A program made the translations under genes and the position numbers. 64,000 bases of DNA from Podarcis liolepis (lineage: Eukaryota), in the NCBI GenBank assembly GCA_965112155.1, contig OZ218100.1. One strand, given 5' to 3'. Positions 1 through 11,872 of this stretch are shown here, piece after piece; position 1 is the stretch's first letter; each line of letters opens with the position of its first letter. A model generated the notes under the pieces. It did not search any database and was not told the origin of the DNA. It saw only the letters and a list, made by a program, of their open reading frames with translations.

Positions 1-319
1 AGTGGCTCAATAAATAGCTGCCTGGAATCCCCCTGAATTCAATGCATTTTTAGGCAAAAGTTGGATATCTGACAGATCATTCATACCCATTTAAACATTT
101 ATTTATGTATGTGGATTTCTCTTTTGCCTGCAACATTCTTAAAGGTCTCAGGTTTGATAACAAATCATCTCTAAAAATATAGCATGCATCAAGAGATAAT
201 AAATCCACAAAAATGCCAATACAGTTATAAATCAATAGCCCAAACTGGTATATGTACCTTTTGCCTGCTCTAGTAGTCAACTCTCTAACCTGAAAAGTGT
301 TTGTTTTTGTAATTTACAG

Positions 320-381
320 ATGCTACTGAAGGCTATACAATCTGCCCTTGTTTCACATGCCTTGCAACATGTTTCTTTCAA
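320..381 (+). other. candidate 62-nt exon (unassigned plus-strand transcript)
   Basis: Acceptor ttgtttttgtaatttacAG and donor CAA|GTAAGT; two open frames (MLLKAIQSALVSHALQHVSF or xATEGYTICPCFTCLATCFFQ). Not recognised. Confidence 0.25.
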
Positions 382-627
382 GTAAGTACTTGCTTTCCTT
401 ACTCTCTCACTTGTTTTTGCAGTCTGCAGCCAGCATGTTATTCCTTCCCTGCCAAATATGGACTCAAATCTGGAACTCTTGATACAAATCTTGGTTTTCT
501 TAGAGCCCTGCAGGAAGCTTGGATTCTGGGCTCTGAGACGGTTGCAGATGAGTCTTCTGGGAATCCCTCAACTCCTGCTTTTATTTTGTTTAAAAATCAG
601 TGAAAAGGAAATGTGTGTTGGACTCAC

Positions 628-782
628 TGCTTTCCGTATGAAATGTTTTGTGCACATCTTTAAGCTTTCTTGCTTTCTTTCTTTTTTAAAATGGAGACCA
701 GGATATACTTGATCTGACAGTGTCCCCTCAAGAAGCTTTCCTTTCACTGACATTTGACCAAGTCCTTCCTGCTTTCCAGATG
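628..782 (-). CDS. candidate 155-nt internal exon, unknown protein
   Basis: Minus strand acceptor ttctagtcttctttatctctcAG, donor GCA|GTGAGT; open frame xSGKQEGLGQMSVKGKLLEGTLSDQVYPGLHFKKERKQESLKMCTKHFIRKA (part of ORF 568-975). Confidence 0.35.
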
Positions 783-1737
783 CTGAGAGATAAAGAAGAC
801 TAGAAGGTAGGCCTGCTGTAGTATTCCCCCCCCCCCCGCCTTGCCCACATATAAACATGGAAAGCAGAAAATCTGGTCCACAGATTTTCAGGCTGAATAA
901 AAGGGAAAATCCAAAATATACACATCGGACAATAACAAAATAAGCAGGAACCAAATGGAATTTTGCAAAGACCAAGGTGTTGAAGTATATGCAAGGCTAC
1001 TTTTCTTAAACCTTTCGGATTCTGACTCCCGTCTAAATTTTCTCTACATTCTGAGAGTCCCAACTCTTTGCCAAGCTTCTCTTTTGCAAATAACCCTGTC
1101 ATTCTTTAACTAAAGGAGGGAACGCTGTTGGGGAGAGGGGTAATTTAAATCAAGGAAATGGTATGGCGGGAAGGATTCCATTCCTCTTCCCCCAGAACTC
1201 CTGTTCTACCCATTATCTGCTTATTTGTTTGCCACTCTTCTACAAAATTGGGCCCAAAGTGCCTGACAACTTATGACATGAGCTGTTAGAAACAACTTAG
1301 AAAAAACCCACAATATTGTTAATCCCTACCCCAGTCTCTGAGCAGTGAGAGACTCCAGGATTTCCAAATGTTTATCCAAGATTCAGTTCCTGGGAATGAA
1401 GTTCAGCAGAGGCTGTGGTGCCTTTAGGATATATGGGTTTGTTTAAACATATATGCAACCTGAGCATAAGATGGAGGTGCTCACAGCATTTACACCCCAA
1501 CAGATCTCGCTTCTCCATTAGTCACAGCTTTAGATCCAGTGCAGAGCAAGACATGTCTCTCTGTCTTCAACTTCTAGCTTGCTTCCAGCTCACACATAGG
1601 CAAGTCCAGCTATTGCTCTCCTACATTGCAGCTAGGGGAGGGGAGGGGAAGCATGGGGTAATTTTGTGGGGTATGCTTAACTAGCCAATGTCAGTACCTT
1701 AATAAAAGCACTGGGTTAGCAAGCTTGCTCTTATAGA

Positions 1738-1975
1738 GAGTTTGGATTTGATATCCCGCTTTATCGCTGCCCTAGGGAGTCTCAAAGCGGCTAACAATCT
1801 CCTTTCCCTTCCTCCCCCATAACAAACACTCTGTGAAGAGAGTGAGGCTGAGAGACTTCAGAGAAGTGTGACTAGCCCAAGGTCACCCAGCAGCTGCATG
1901 TGGAGGAGCGGGGACGCGAAGCCGGTTCACCAGATTACGAGACTACCGCTCTTAACCACTGCACCACACTGGCTC
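1738..1975 (-). mobile_element. tRNA-derived SINE with L2-like tail (Squam3-like), young copy 1 of 3
   Basis: Near-identical to 11873-12115 and 36174-36428; minus strand starts GAGCCAGTGTGGTGCAGTGG (A box) with a B-box-like segment downstream. Confidence 0.85.
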
Positions 1976-3300
1976 TTCTACCTCCATTCTACCTCCACAG
2001 TTACAGGATCCCAAGAATCGGAAAGGACTCAGAGCATCATTCAGACTGACTCCCCCTCAAACTCAACAATATAAGTAAGTACCCCACAAAAATCAGTTCA
2101 TGTAACCTGCAATTCATATAACATGTAGAACAATGAAAATGAGAGCTTCCTCTCACACATGGATACTTTACTGTGTGCCACATATGTTGGTATTCTAGGC
2201 GGAGGGGGGGGGATCAGGTGATCCAATTATCTTCCAAATTAAATCTGGTCTCCCTGCAAAAAGCAGAAATGAAGGAAGTGTTAATTATTTAATTGACACC
2301 AAAATGGAAAATGGCTATGTGTATTGCTGAAAGGGTTTAACATCGGAAGATTCCATTCTTCAAGCTAAAGAACAGCACGTAGTGGTCTCTGAGCTCCTTA
2401 ATGGGTTGATAATAAACTATTGTTGTTCTGTAGTAGCTAACATGTGAATGATTAACCTTAGATCACAAGGGAGGCTATTTGGTTGCAAATCTCCATTTTG
2501 AAAGGTAATTGCCTTAGGTTCCCAGGTTCTGTGAGAGTAAGGATGTGAATGAAGCTCTCCAGGAAAACAGCTCCAGGAGGATGTAAGGAGAGAGCTTCGC
2601 TTTTATGTCTGTTTGGAATTATATTTTATTTATAAGATGCTGATCCTGTGCTGGACAACACAAGATATTGTATGGAATTATTTGGGTGTATCTTTGAAGT
2701 TTTTTGTTTGGTTTTGAAGAAAATTCTGCAAGTAAAGCTTTAATTAAACTTATAGGCCTTGTCAATGCTTTATTTCCAAAAGGAGTCAGTTTGTATGCAT
2801 CTAGTCACTTTATGCTGTGCAATATTCATATTTGCAATAGGAAGATGTTCGCCTCACAGCTGTGTAGCAACCTGACACATCTGCAGGATTTTGAAAAGTA
2901 TATGGGAAGTCTCCCTGCTACTCTGCTGTTTCCTCCCAGGCTTTTTCTAATTTGCACCTTCTTACTTTAATACCCCTCCCCTGCACTTAGTTTCCTGAGT
3001 CTCTCTCCCTCTCTCCTATGTCGTCTCTGAAACCAGCTTCCATCCTGTTGGAAAACAGAAGCCATGGTTAAGCTGAGGTATACACATTAAAGACAGCCAT
3101 TGAGCATGTGCAGATGACAGCCTCAGTGAATTGTTGTTTGAGGAGCAAATCAGGTGAAGACATACCCATCCTCCTTCTGGTGTGTATAGGGATGTCAGAA
3201 AAAGACTTGAAGCAGCGGGAAACAACCTCTTTGCATTCAAACCACTAAAATGGTATTGTGACAGCATCTCTGGTTCTGCATGTTAGCAGGAATTTCTCAC

Positions 3301-3501
3301 TTCCTGCAATTCCGTAGCCTCCTCCAGGTGTAAGGAGAAACCCTTGTTTGTGCTCTCAGTTCCTTCCTTTGAAGTTGAATCATCTGAGGTCATACAACTC
3401 AGGTGATCAACAGGTGGGCAACCCTGTCCACCTGTCAGAAGTGTTCCACAAAGGTGGAGAAGTTCTGGATCCAACCCACCATCCAAATCCAGTTCTCCAC
3501 C
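3301..3501 (-). CDS. candidate 201-nt phase 0-0 exon, unknown protein
   Basis: Acceptor cattcttgctcctttagggctAG, donor GAA|GTGAGA; 67 open codons GGELDLDGGLDPELLHLCGTLL...LHLEEATELQE. The ORF is bounded by stops just outside both splice sites. Confidence 0.4.
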
Positions 3502-3639
3502 CTAGCCCTAAAGGAGCAAGAATGCAGCTGGGGAGAATTCCTGGACTCTGTGCTCCCTGTGGAGTCATAGGTGTTCAGTGGCCAGGAGTGCAGTTTACCA
3601 ACTATGGCAGCTTCACAACTGCAGCCTTGATTAGATAAG

Positions 3640-3990
3640 TCAGATCTTAGCTGCCCAACGTCTGCTAAATACTCTTCCCAAGGCTCCCTCTTTTTTGGCC
3701 TTCAGGAGGTTCTAGAGACCTTTTTATTGCCGCTGACATGTGGATGATTTAGGGTGCTGTGTTTTCATTTCCCTCCCTCTGCTGCTGCTATTTTAATCTA
3801 GCTATTTTACCTGTTGCTGATAGTTTTATTTGCTGCTATTATCTTAATATTTTAATATTTTGTTTTTATTTTACTATGTTAAAAATCTTACTACTTTATT
3901 GCGATTTTTTGCCTACTTTATTTATTTTCGTAAACCACCTTGGAAGGTTAATTTTTCTGAAAGGTGTTTTGAAAATCTGTTAAATAAGAA
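3640..3990 (+). mobile_element. degraded L2 LINE 3' end
   Basis: T-rich 3' UTR followed by gtaaaccaccttggaagg...aaaggtgttttgaaaatctgttaaataa, the L2-type terminal motif. Confidence 0.55.
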
Positions 3991-4810
3991 AATTCATAAA
4001 ATTTAAATCCTATAAATGTCTGCTCAGAATCTCAATGGGACTTGCTCCAAGATACAGGATTGCAGTGTTCTTCATCACATTTCCATACTGTGCTTAAGGC
4101 AACACACAACAGTATGGGGAGAAAAATAAATAAAACTACATTCTTCTACCCACACACATTAAACAAGTCCCTGACCTTGTTTACATACGAGGTGTGATTT
4201 GTATCTGTAGTGCATTATGCCAACCACATTTTAATTTTGCTATAATGCTTCAGATAATAGTTCTGTGTACATGTTTGCAATCTGATCCTAGAGTTTTTGA
4301 AATGTTCATACCAATTTGCTAACAAGTATTACATTCAATATGTGTGGCTGCGTTGAGATCACAACTATTTTCATTATATGCTACATCTAGATTTACATCA
4401 CAGCTATGCATTAAATACAGAATTCCTGGTCATTGAGTTTTGATGAAGTGTTCATGCCACAGTGCAGTGGGTCACCCCCACATCATATTAGAAGTAGGGG
4501 GGGGAAACCTCCTGCAATTTCTTTTATATTGACAGATGAACCCATCTGCATTTTGTTAACATTTTGTTTTCATTTCTAATTTTGCCAAAACTAACTTTTC
4601 TGCAGACTTTGACTCCCTTTACTTCTGTCTAGAACTTCAGTGCATGAGTTTTAAGATGAATGTCTCAAATGTTCAAAACATTGGATATGTGCCTGAAATG
4701 ACACCTGTGTTGTGGATTTCTTTCTTTTCTTAATGTCTCTTCAATGCAGAATGAGTGGTGTGTAGATCCCTTACCTCTGGGTAAGTGGGGGAAAGCAGAG
4801 AATAACTTAC

Positions 4811-4828
4811 CGGAAACAATAAGATTTT
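4811..4828 (-). other. candidate 18-nt microexon
   Basis: Minus strand tgtctttccctgcAG|AAAATCTTATTGTTTCCG|GTAAGT: strong sites on both sides, length divisible by 3. Confidence 0.3.
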
Positions 4829-5193
4829 CTGCAGGGAAAGACATGGGTATTGCTCCAGTATGCTATGTAGAATAGTTGTTTATGAATGGCAGGGGGAATA
4901 GATGTAATCTGAATTTTATGAGTTGAAGGATGGGGGCTTCCCTCCACTTTTGGCAATGTTGGGCTTGCATTAATGTTTCACTGGCAAGCAAAACATTATC
5001 TAAAATTCAGTAATCACAGCCTTACCTAACCGAATACCCTCCATATGTTGTAGGACTACAACCTCCATCATCCCTGCCCATTGGCTGGGAGGAAACTGGA
5101 TTGAAGGAGTTTGAGTAATCATTTGTTAACCATATCTACAAAGAACCGAGCAGAAAGTCAATGTGTTGCCCTCCAGGTGTGGCTAGACTGTAT

Positions 5194-5351
5194 GGGGTGT
5201 TAGGAGTGGGGGACATGTCATGCTCCTTCTGGGGTAGTATGTCCACCTTTGGTCCACACTCAGCTCTCATCTGTGGCTCCTAGAAGCTGTCAACATGAGA
5301 CAGTGGCCACACCCCAGGAATGGCTTTGACTGGCCAGCTAAACCAGGTGAG
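5194..5351 (+). ncRNA. HDV-like (delta-like) self-cleaving ribozyme fold
   Basis: P1 GGGGTGT 5194-5200 / ACACCCC 5309-5315; P2 CTCATCTGT 5266-5274 / ACCAGGTGAG 5342-5351; P3 GGC 5275-5277 / GCC 5306-5308; L3 begins TCCTAG; P4 TGGC/GCCA; J4/2 GCTAA with C5338. Confidence 0.7.
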
Positions 5352-5400
5352 GCTAGCCAATGGTAGTTCAATCAGCAGTCAGATTTTCCATGAATTGCCG
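5194..5400 (+). mobile_element. RTE-clade non-LTR retroelement 5' UTR fragment
   Basis: ctctcatctgtggctcctagaagctgtc...ggccacacccc...gctaaaccaggtgagg resembles recalled amniote RTE 5' UTRs; begins exactly at a ribozyme P1 strand. Confidence 0.6.
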
Positions 5401-7555
5401 TTTGCTCCTATTCAAAGGTAAAACATGTGTGTTCCCTGGGGAAAGTGTTGCGGGGGGACCATGGCTCTGTCACGTGCCTGGAAAGCTTGGACCTGTACCT
5501 AGAAAGCACAGAGCAAAGGTTAGTGTGGTGGACCCTCGGTGAATGCTGGCACCCAAGCCCAAATGAGGAGCTACTGTCCCTCCTTCAACTCCTCACTCAC
5601 CATCACATGATTCATTCTCTGTTTCTTCCCATTGGGATGCACTGCTTCTTTGTTTCTTCTAACGTCAGGCCTCGGGGCAGCTCCTACTATTAAGCAGACT
5701 GAGGTTCCCACCTTAGGTGGCAGATCTCAGGCTACCATCAAAGGCCAGCAAATTATCAATGATTGAGTTTATTATATGTTTTACCACCACTGAGAAAGCT
5801 CCCTTGAACCTTCTGCCTGAGGCACTAAAATGTGTAGGGTCATCTCTGTCCAGCCCTCCATTTTTTTTACCTCTGCCATTCCTGAGTAGTAGAAAAAAAT
5901 GTGCACAAAGGATAATTTTTGGAGGAGATACAATTAAATAAATCTGTAATGTTGTGTTGAAAGCTGTAAATCAGCCAAAGCACGAGGTTTAAAAGTACAG
6001 CTTTATAGGCAACCACAGTCCAGTCAGCCTAAACTTGTTTGGGCAATTTAATTACAAGCGAGGTATTTTTAAGAGAGTAGGTAATTTTAAAGTCAGTTTA
6101 GATAATTCTTCATTACGAGCCACTTGCCTCATAAATGAAATCTATGTAAACTAAATTGTTAAAAGGGTCTTCAACTTCATAAACTTTACGACTAAGATTT
6201 TCCAGGAAAATAGATCTTGTGTCTATAATAGACCTTATGGAGACAATCTTCCAGGACGATTCCAAGGATTTAAAAGCAACAGCTTTTTAGTTTGGAATAA
6301 ATTCTGTCCCCCTCAAGAGAGGCTTGTGGCTGAAATGTGCAGTGTGTTTCCCATCAGTGGAGCAAACAAGATGAGAAACGATCTTCCTTTGCTCATGTAG
6401 AAATATTGAGAATAGATGCTCCTGTGTAAAGATATTATATGTGATATTTCGTTTGGGTCCTCCGTGCCCCCCAAATGTTATTTATTCATTCTGTAATGGA
6501 ATGGGCCTTCCTCTGGATTGTCACAAGCCAGATTGAAGCAGGCTGTGGCACAAGCAGGAGGGTCGCATCAAAGGATCTTTGCATACAGACTGGCTTATAT
6601 GTAAGACGGCATTCCTTCGAGTATCCAGTCCTAGGTTGTTTAGGATTCTGTACTTCTAGAAAAGAATCTTAAATTTGGCTCAGTAGCGAATTGGTAACTG
6701 GTGCAGTTTTTCTATTTTTATTGTTTCTTTCATAAGATATACACCCCGCATGATTGTAAAAAAAGCCTCAAAGCGGTTCCCAAAAAGATAAGACAATAAA
6801 ACCCAGAAAAATTCACAACCATCGTCCCTGGCCATTGGCCACCCTGCCTGGGGCTGATGGGAACTGGAGTTCAGGAACATCTGGAGAGCCCCAGGTTTCT
6901 TATCCCCAGTTGCTGTTAAGCAAGCTTGAAGAACATGCTCTAAACATGAAGAATTTGTCACCATTTAAACATGATCTCATTTTATGAGAATGATGAGTGG
7001 AATAGTAAATCAATCAGCTTCAGTTTAATTTTTTTCTCCTTTTTGTATGTTTGCTGGGCTTCATTTTTTCATATATATTTTTTGCACTGAAACTTAATTT
7101 TCTGACTTTCCAAACAATTGATAAACCTGTCAAGGGTATATATATATAGAGAGAGATAATAGTTTCATTATTGCATCCCTTTATTTGCACATGTGTTGAG
7201 TTTGCCCTGCTGTTATGACTTGCACAGGCAGTAGATAATCACAGGGTTAGCTTTTCAGAAACTAAAATAGTTCTGGGTGGTGCTTGTAAATGTTCAGAGT
7301 GCACACATATCAAAACCCAAGAAGCCACACTTCATCACAGATTTCGTATGTGGATATATAGTGATACTTAGAATTCTTCAGAGAAGAAGAAAAATATCCT
7401 GAACTACCCTGGGTTTTTGTGTTTGTTTGTTCAATTTGAAAGTGTGCAATTATTCCCTGTTTAGACATCATGAAACAAAGGATGCCATGAAATGTCCTTG
7501 AGGATTTGTTTCTGAATTCTGCTTGTAATATTCTTGATAATTATGGTGCTAGATA

Positions 7556-7690
7556 AGGAATGGGGAACCGGTGGCCCTTCAGATGTTGTTGAACCACAAT
7601 TCCCAGCCACCCCAACCAGCATAGCCAATGCATAGGGATGATGGCAGCTGTAGTTCAACATCTGGAGGGCCATAGCTGCCTCATCCCTCT
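7556..7690. mobile_element. short hAT-type MITE (abundant ~130-bp family; degraded relatives near 5040, 6820, 15590, 17410, 35925, 51445, 56715)
   Basis: Palindromic core ggcccttcagatgttgttgaac...gttcaacatctggagggcc, same family as 60550-60685. Confidence 0.7.
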
Positions 7691-9284
7691 ACTAGCTGGT
7701 AACAAAACAACAAGTTGCAATGAGACTTTTGCAGGGTGAGTTTTATGGTAGATGTAGAACAGTCTTGCTCACATTTCAGTATGGTGACATTTTGGGTTGT
7801 TTTCTTGTATTTAAAGCTGTCCATTTTATATATGTATGCTGGTGTTTCTGTGCAATTTGTTGTCATTGAGGAACCCAATTTGTCTAATAATTTAAAAATG
7901 CAAAATGGGTCATTAGTGTCAGACTTCAAAACCACACCTAGAATAAGGAACTCACAGCTGCCCTACATAGCCAATGATGACTCTACGCAGGTACTAGGGT
8001 AAACCTGCCCACCTTGGCTAGCTATTGGTTCATGTGAAAGGTCTATCTTATCCCACTCAGCTTTCTGGTGTTACTTTGCGATTGTTTTGACTTCTTTCCC
8101 TTTCCTCCTCCCCATTAATTTTAATTAAAAATAAAGCAATTGGGTCTCTCACTGTCTATACTCAAACAGCTGCAAGGAGGCTGTTTTGAACCTGAAATGC
8201 ATTTGCCTGTGATGTCCTTAGTGCAAGACAGAAATCAGAATGACACATTTTTTAAATATATATTTCAGGAAATGTAGTTTTTACATTTAAGTTATGGACA
8301 CCAGGCGTGCATACATAAAACCCACCACCCACAACCCTGGTTTAAGTGTCACTATTGAAAATGGCTTAAAGCCTCTATTTGCTTTTAACGCTAAAGAAGT
8401 AGCCCGGCAGTATGGCTATCACACTGTCCAGTGCATTCTTTTCTTTTCTTTGGCCAGCAGGTAAGTCTTGTATGCCTAATATGTCCAAACAACCAGCAGG
8501 ACTATTGGCTAGCTGCCCAAGACACTGGAATATTTGTCTTCCTGTTTCTAGTCTAATCTTCAGCACCCCTGGTCTTATCTGTTCCATTTTTTCTGGTACA
8601 TGCACTTAATTTGTCTGCCTTTGGCATAATCCATTGAGGCCTGGTGTGGTGTCCTGGCTTTTGGCCCAATGTGAATTTTATCTGATTTAGTTTTATCTTT
8701 CAACCTTGGAATGGGTCCTGATCTAGGCAGACATGGTCCCTGACTGTACGATTGTAGTCTTGCTCCACTTTTAATTTTGTTCTTGCAAGCAGCAAATGAA
8801 GTGATAAGCCTATGTTGGGACGGTACCACATCATAGTTCAGTTGCAGTTCAAATGATGGAATGCTCTTCTGAAAAAATAATAATAAATCCCTGCACACAG
8901 AAAGATAGAAGAATTATTCTAGGCTGGCCTTTCCCCTGTCATGCCGATTTTCTATTAATTGAAATATTAATTGGGGTATTGGGGTGTGAGGTGTAAACCT
9001 CAATTGTAGTCAGAAGTGGTATAGCTCAGCCACAGAGTAACCATCATATGCTGCCCACTAAACCTAGGACTCTGACAAATGGATGTTGACAGTATGCTTG
9101 GTTCTCTCACTATAGCAAGTTGATCATGAGAGAGGTCCTTCCACCTTTAGCCCTTTCTGCCTCAGATGCACTGAAAAGACAACAGAAGCACATATTCTGG
9201 AAATGGTCAATGTACAAAGAAAAAGGATCTGCACATCATAGATATGTTACCATTGGCAGACACCATGCTGGGTGTTGAATTAAA

Positions 9285-9525
9285 TCTCTAAGAAGCAAGA
9301 GATCAGAATGCAGTCATATAAGAGAAGACTATCAGTGGCTACTAGCCATGATAGCTATGTTCTGCCTCCATTGTTGGAAGCATTATGCTGGGCACCACAG
9401 GTGGGGAGTTCACTGTTTCATTTAGGTCCTGCTTGCGCGCCTCCCATAAGCAGCTGGTTGGCCATTGTAAGAACAGGATGCTGAACTACGTGGGCCGTCG
9501 CCTGATCCATCAAGGCTCTTCTTTG
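9285..9525 (+). mobile_element. old CR1-type 3' fragment (relatives at 37590-37742, 43550-43845)
   Basis: Shared motif ggctactagccatgat.gctatg...gaacaggatgctg.acta across the copies. Confidence 0.6.
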
Positions 9526-10410
9526 GCTCTAGGAAGCCCTTTTAGTCCTCAGACTTCATGTAAACATCTTTAAAATGGAAAGGATAATTAGGGTGTTGGA
9601 ATGGTGATGCAAGAGGATTGTGAAGCACATCGCACAAACAAGCTAGTTTGGATGCAGAGAGACCGTAGCTCAAGCAGGAGTGTCTTATACTTTCACAAGG
9701 AGGGTGTCTGTGATTTCCCCTTCCAAATGCAGCTTGAGCTGTCTGCACTGCTTAGCACGCAGTTCTAGATGGTCTTCCATCTTCAGAACAACTTTGCAGT
9801 AGGCATGAGACAAGGGCCTGTCATGGGAAGGGGCAGGCATATTGTGGCTAACCCAAGGAATTCTGGGAACTGTAATCTGATTAGGATGTCAAGGATTCCC
9901 TTGAGACCCTCATTAAATGACAATTTCTTGGGGAGAGGGAACATTTGTTAAACCCGTTTAAATACCTGTGGTGTAGACATGTACTCAGTCTCAAATGTTT
10001 TTATACTGCCAGAGCTCCAGCAAGACCATCGTCTAACAACAGTGTAGAACTGCTATTGCAAATACTGAACATGACAGCTCTATGTCTTAGCTTGATTTTT
10101 GCCTACTCTTTGTGAGAGTTCAAAAATAAAAAAGTACAGAGTGACATGCAGAAGGAATGTGAGTGGGTGGGGGTAAGAAAGAGAGAGATGGCAGGCTAAG
10201 GAATGGAACATATACCAGACTTCATTTGAAAGCATGTTCAGTTGAAAAGAGATTGCCTTAAGGTTCCAGTTGTTACCCACCATGAAACCAGTGAGTCACC
10301 CCAGCTAAATTATAGGATTATTCACCTATTGAACAGACAATAGGTGCATGTTTGCTTATCTTACTGGATCAAGATATAAAGCAGTGCTTTCTTTAAAAAA
10401 TCATTCTCAC

Positions 10411-10461
10411 CGAAGAATCTTCGGTGACCTGGAGGACTGACGTCTTGCTAAAACCATCACC
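10411..10461 (-). CDS. candidate 51-nt phase 0-0 exon (GDGFSKTSVLQVTEDSS)
   Basis: Acceptor tattctgtccttctgaaaAG, donor TCG|GTGAGA; retains CpGs in a CpG-poor background. Confidence 0.3.
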
Positions 10462-10766
10462 CTTTTCAGAAGGACAGAATATTTATCAGCGTATTTTCTG
10501 TAAACGGTTTCAACACTAGCAAGTTATTTGACAATGGCAGACCAGGACTTGAAAATGGAGATAACGAGTAACCTGGTTCTTCATAGAGGCTGTAAAGTAA
10601 TTGTAGGCTGCAGAGGTCTGTGGTTTTTAAATAATGTATTTTTCCAGATACTGTACACACTGTCTTGATCCTTATCACAATAGCGAGACAGCCACTTTAT
10701 GACCAACTGCAAACACATCTTTTGAATAATAATAAAGAAGCAGGCCTTTTGCATATGCGCACATAC

Positions 10767-10916
10767 TTGGGAGTGAGCGCCACTAAATATCTGCGTGACT
10801 GACTTCTGAGAAGGCTTGCATGGTATTGGGCTACGCCTTCTGCAATTCTGCTTCCTTCCTCTCATATATTCTCCACTCTGCCATAAATATTTCTGTAGGC
10901 AGTTGAAGCTGTTCCA
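10767..10916 (-). CDS. candidate 150-nt phase 0-0 exon
   Basis: Acceptor ctttccaaaactttatccggcAG, donor CAA|GTATGT; 50 open codons WNSFNCLQKYLWQSGEYMRGRKQ...GAHSQ. Confidence 0.3.
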
Positions 10917-11872
10917 CTGCCGGATAAAGTTTTGGAAAGTGTCGATGTTAAAGTAAGCAACATTGCTTGCCCAGATTGCTTAAATATCCCATTCAGAATA
11001 CAGTGTTTCAGCCTGGCTTATTTTGGATCAGATTGTATATAGCAATTTAACAGGTGTGTGTATAATTGAAATTCATGACTGTTCGGCTACAAAAGAACCT
11101 TTACCATCAAATTATGACTGTATAGGGTTAGGCATGCATGGCCTTAGCTGTTACACCCAAATGACTGCAAATATGATTCTACCCTAGAATTTTGAAGCCA
11201 CAACCTATCCAAACTGAAGAGGTCAAAGTGTTCAGGTTTAGATCAGATGTATATTTTGGGTTGAGGAGCTCATGGGTTCAATGAACTGCTAGCATTGCCA
11301 CCGGCTGCCTAATGCTCTCATCCCTTGCCAAGTAGCAGCAGCATTTATTTCACTTATTTATTACATTTATAACCATGTGAAAGAGCGGTGTACAAATAAA
11401 CTCTAAGGAGCTCAAAGCAGCATATATAGTTCTCATCCCATGTATTTTGTCCTCAGAACAACCAGGTGAGGTAGGTAAGTCTGAGAGCTAGCAACTGGTC
11501 CAGGGTCACATGAACTTCATGTCTGGGCAGGTACCATTCTGAAACTATAGGCTGATGTTGTGGAACTGACACTATTACTGGCACCACTTAATACTCGTTC
11601 CACACTATTATGGAAATTGATCTTTTAGTGTGGCAGCACCTAGACTTTGGAACTCCCTGCCTGTTGGCACCAGACAGGCACCTTCGCTGTACTCTTTTTG
11701 GTGCCTGCTTGAAACAGACACAGAGGAAGGTTGGGGTTCAAGTAACCACTTACCAAGTAGTAGTGGATGACGTAATCATGCAGATACCTGTCTTCTTAAT
11801 TCCACAAATGACACCTGCAGTAATATCATTTACTTGGTGGTTCTTACGTTTATAAATTTCCCATTAGTTGGA

